Assembly (NCBI GenBank): GCA_002633005.1
Contig: NMRA01000150.1
Coordinates: 654,453 to 718,452 of the forward strand
Origin: Phoronis australis
Taxonomy: Eukaryota; Animalia; Phoronida
Direction: 5' to 3'
Length of the DNA stretch: 64,000 nucleotides
Each line of letters begins with the position of its first letter. The first letter of the stretch is position 1. A program made the translations under genes and the position numbers. The notes beneath the pieces are model-generated. The model ran no database searches. It saw only the letters and a list, made by a program, of their open reading frames with translations, and had not been told where the DNA came from. Shown piece after piece: positions 63,056-64,000 of the stretch.

Positions 63056-63299
63056 TGCTAAGAGTGCGAAATAATCATAGAAAATACGCATGCGAGAGAT
63101 TTAATGAAGCTTACATTAAACCGAAAACCAGTAATGATAAGTAATTCAGATGGGCGATAAAACACCTACTATACATATTGATACGCTGGTGGATGACAAA
63201 AGGCAAAGCAGTCAAAGGTTGCACAAATATTCGATTTGGAATTATAGTGGGTACAACTGAATGTGCAATTTTTCAAAATAATCAAAATCACAAACACAA

Positions 63300-64000
63300 C
63301 CAGTAGCCTGTCTGTGGAAAATAAAGATTGCAGTTACTGTCACAAGTTTTTCTTGCACCAGCTCCCCCTGTCGTTTTTGCGATTTCTTGTCATAGTATGT
63401 GTCAGCGGTCTTAATACTATGGGCCATATGTTTTTTGTTCTTCTGATGTTTTTTATGAATCTTCCCTTCCTTTCTTACTGCTATCCTGAAAATTCAAAGA
63501 TCGGTCCATCTTGGAATTGTAGCTTGTGTACCATATTTGATATTTATACACAACAATGCATAGTGTGATGTAGTTCCTTTCTACTACGGAACATTGTTCA
63601 GGCTTTTCTTCTTATGAGTTGGCAACCTTTAAAAAACGTAATTCATTTTTGACGAAAAGATTTCACTTGAATGAATAGTTATGTTGATTTGGTTTTGTAA
63701 ACTAAAAGCAAATAAAATTTAAACATTTTGCAAATAAAATTTGAAAGGATTTTTCAGCTACAGATCAAACACAAACACTCCCACTAGCCGGTCAGTGGTA
63801 AACAGAGATTACAACTACTGTTTTAAACATGATAAATCCTTACCTGGTAAGTTGCCACAAGTTTTTCTTGCACCAGCTTCCTCTAGCTTTTTTGCGATCC
63901 CTTGTCGCAATATGTGTCCGCCGTAGGCCTATTTATACTGTGCGCCATATGTTGAGCAAGAGAAATCTGTTGTTCTCTGGAGCCACCACTCTAGCTGATT
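63300..64000 (-). mobile_element. Two diverged remnants of a tyrosine-recombinase (Crypton-like) C-terminus
   Basis: HMAHSIKTADTYY (near 63390-63430) and LAQHMAHSINRPTADTYC (near 63905-63960) fit the YR box II H...Y motif. Confidence 0.6.

Overview
Eukaryotic (invertebrate-like, AT-rich, spliceosomal introns) genomic window with two head-to-head endosomal trafficking genes. Minus strand: a 23-exon SNX13 (PXA-RGS-PX-Nexin_C) homolog at 452-40365. As assembled it carries several lesions: a GT>AT donor, a +2 frameshift, an apparently compensating +1/-7 frameshift pair and a missing exon-3 acceptor. Plus strand: an intact MON1 homolog (7 coding exons, 542 aa, 40723-55398). The two start codons are about 360 bp apart. 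Introns hold non-autonomous DNA transposons (pogo-like, P/hAT-like with a nested ISL2EU-like element, MULE-like, Helentron-associated elements) and LINE remnants; BEL and tyrosine-recombinase remnants lie downstream of MON1. The most striking pattern is that many introns start or end with their own unrelated minisatellite, and at nine junctions the repeat unit is a copy of the splice site itself. A 2.15-kb tandem duplicate bounded by single Ns is probably an uncollapsed-haplotype artefact. Homology calls are from remembered protein families and hand translation; no searches were run.
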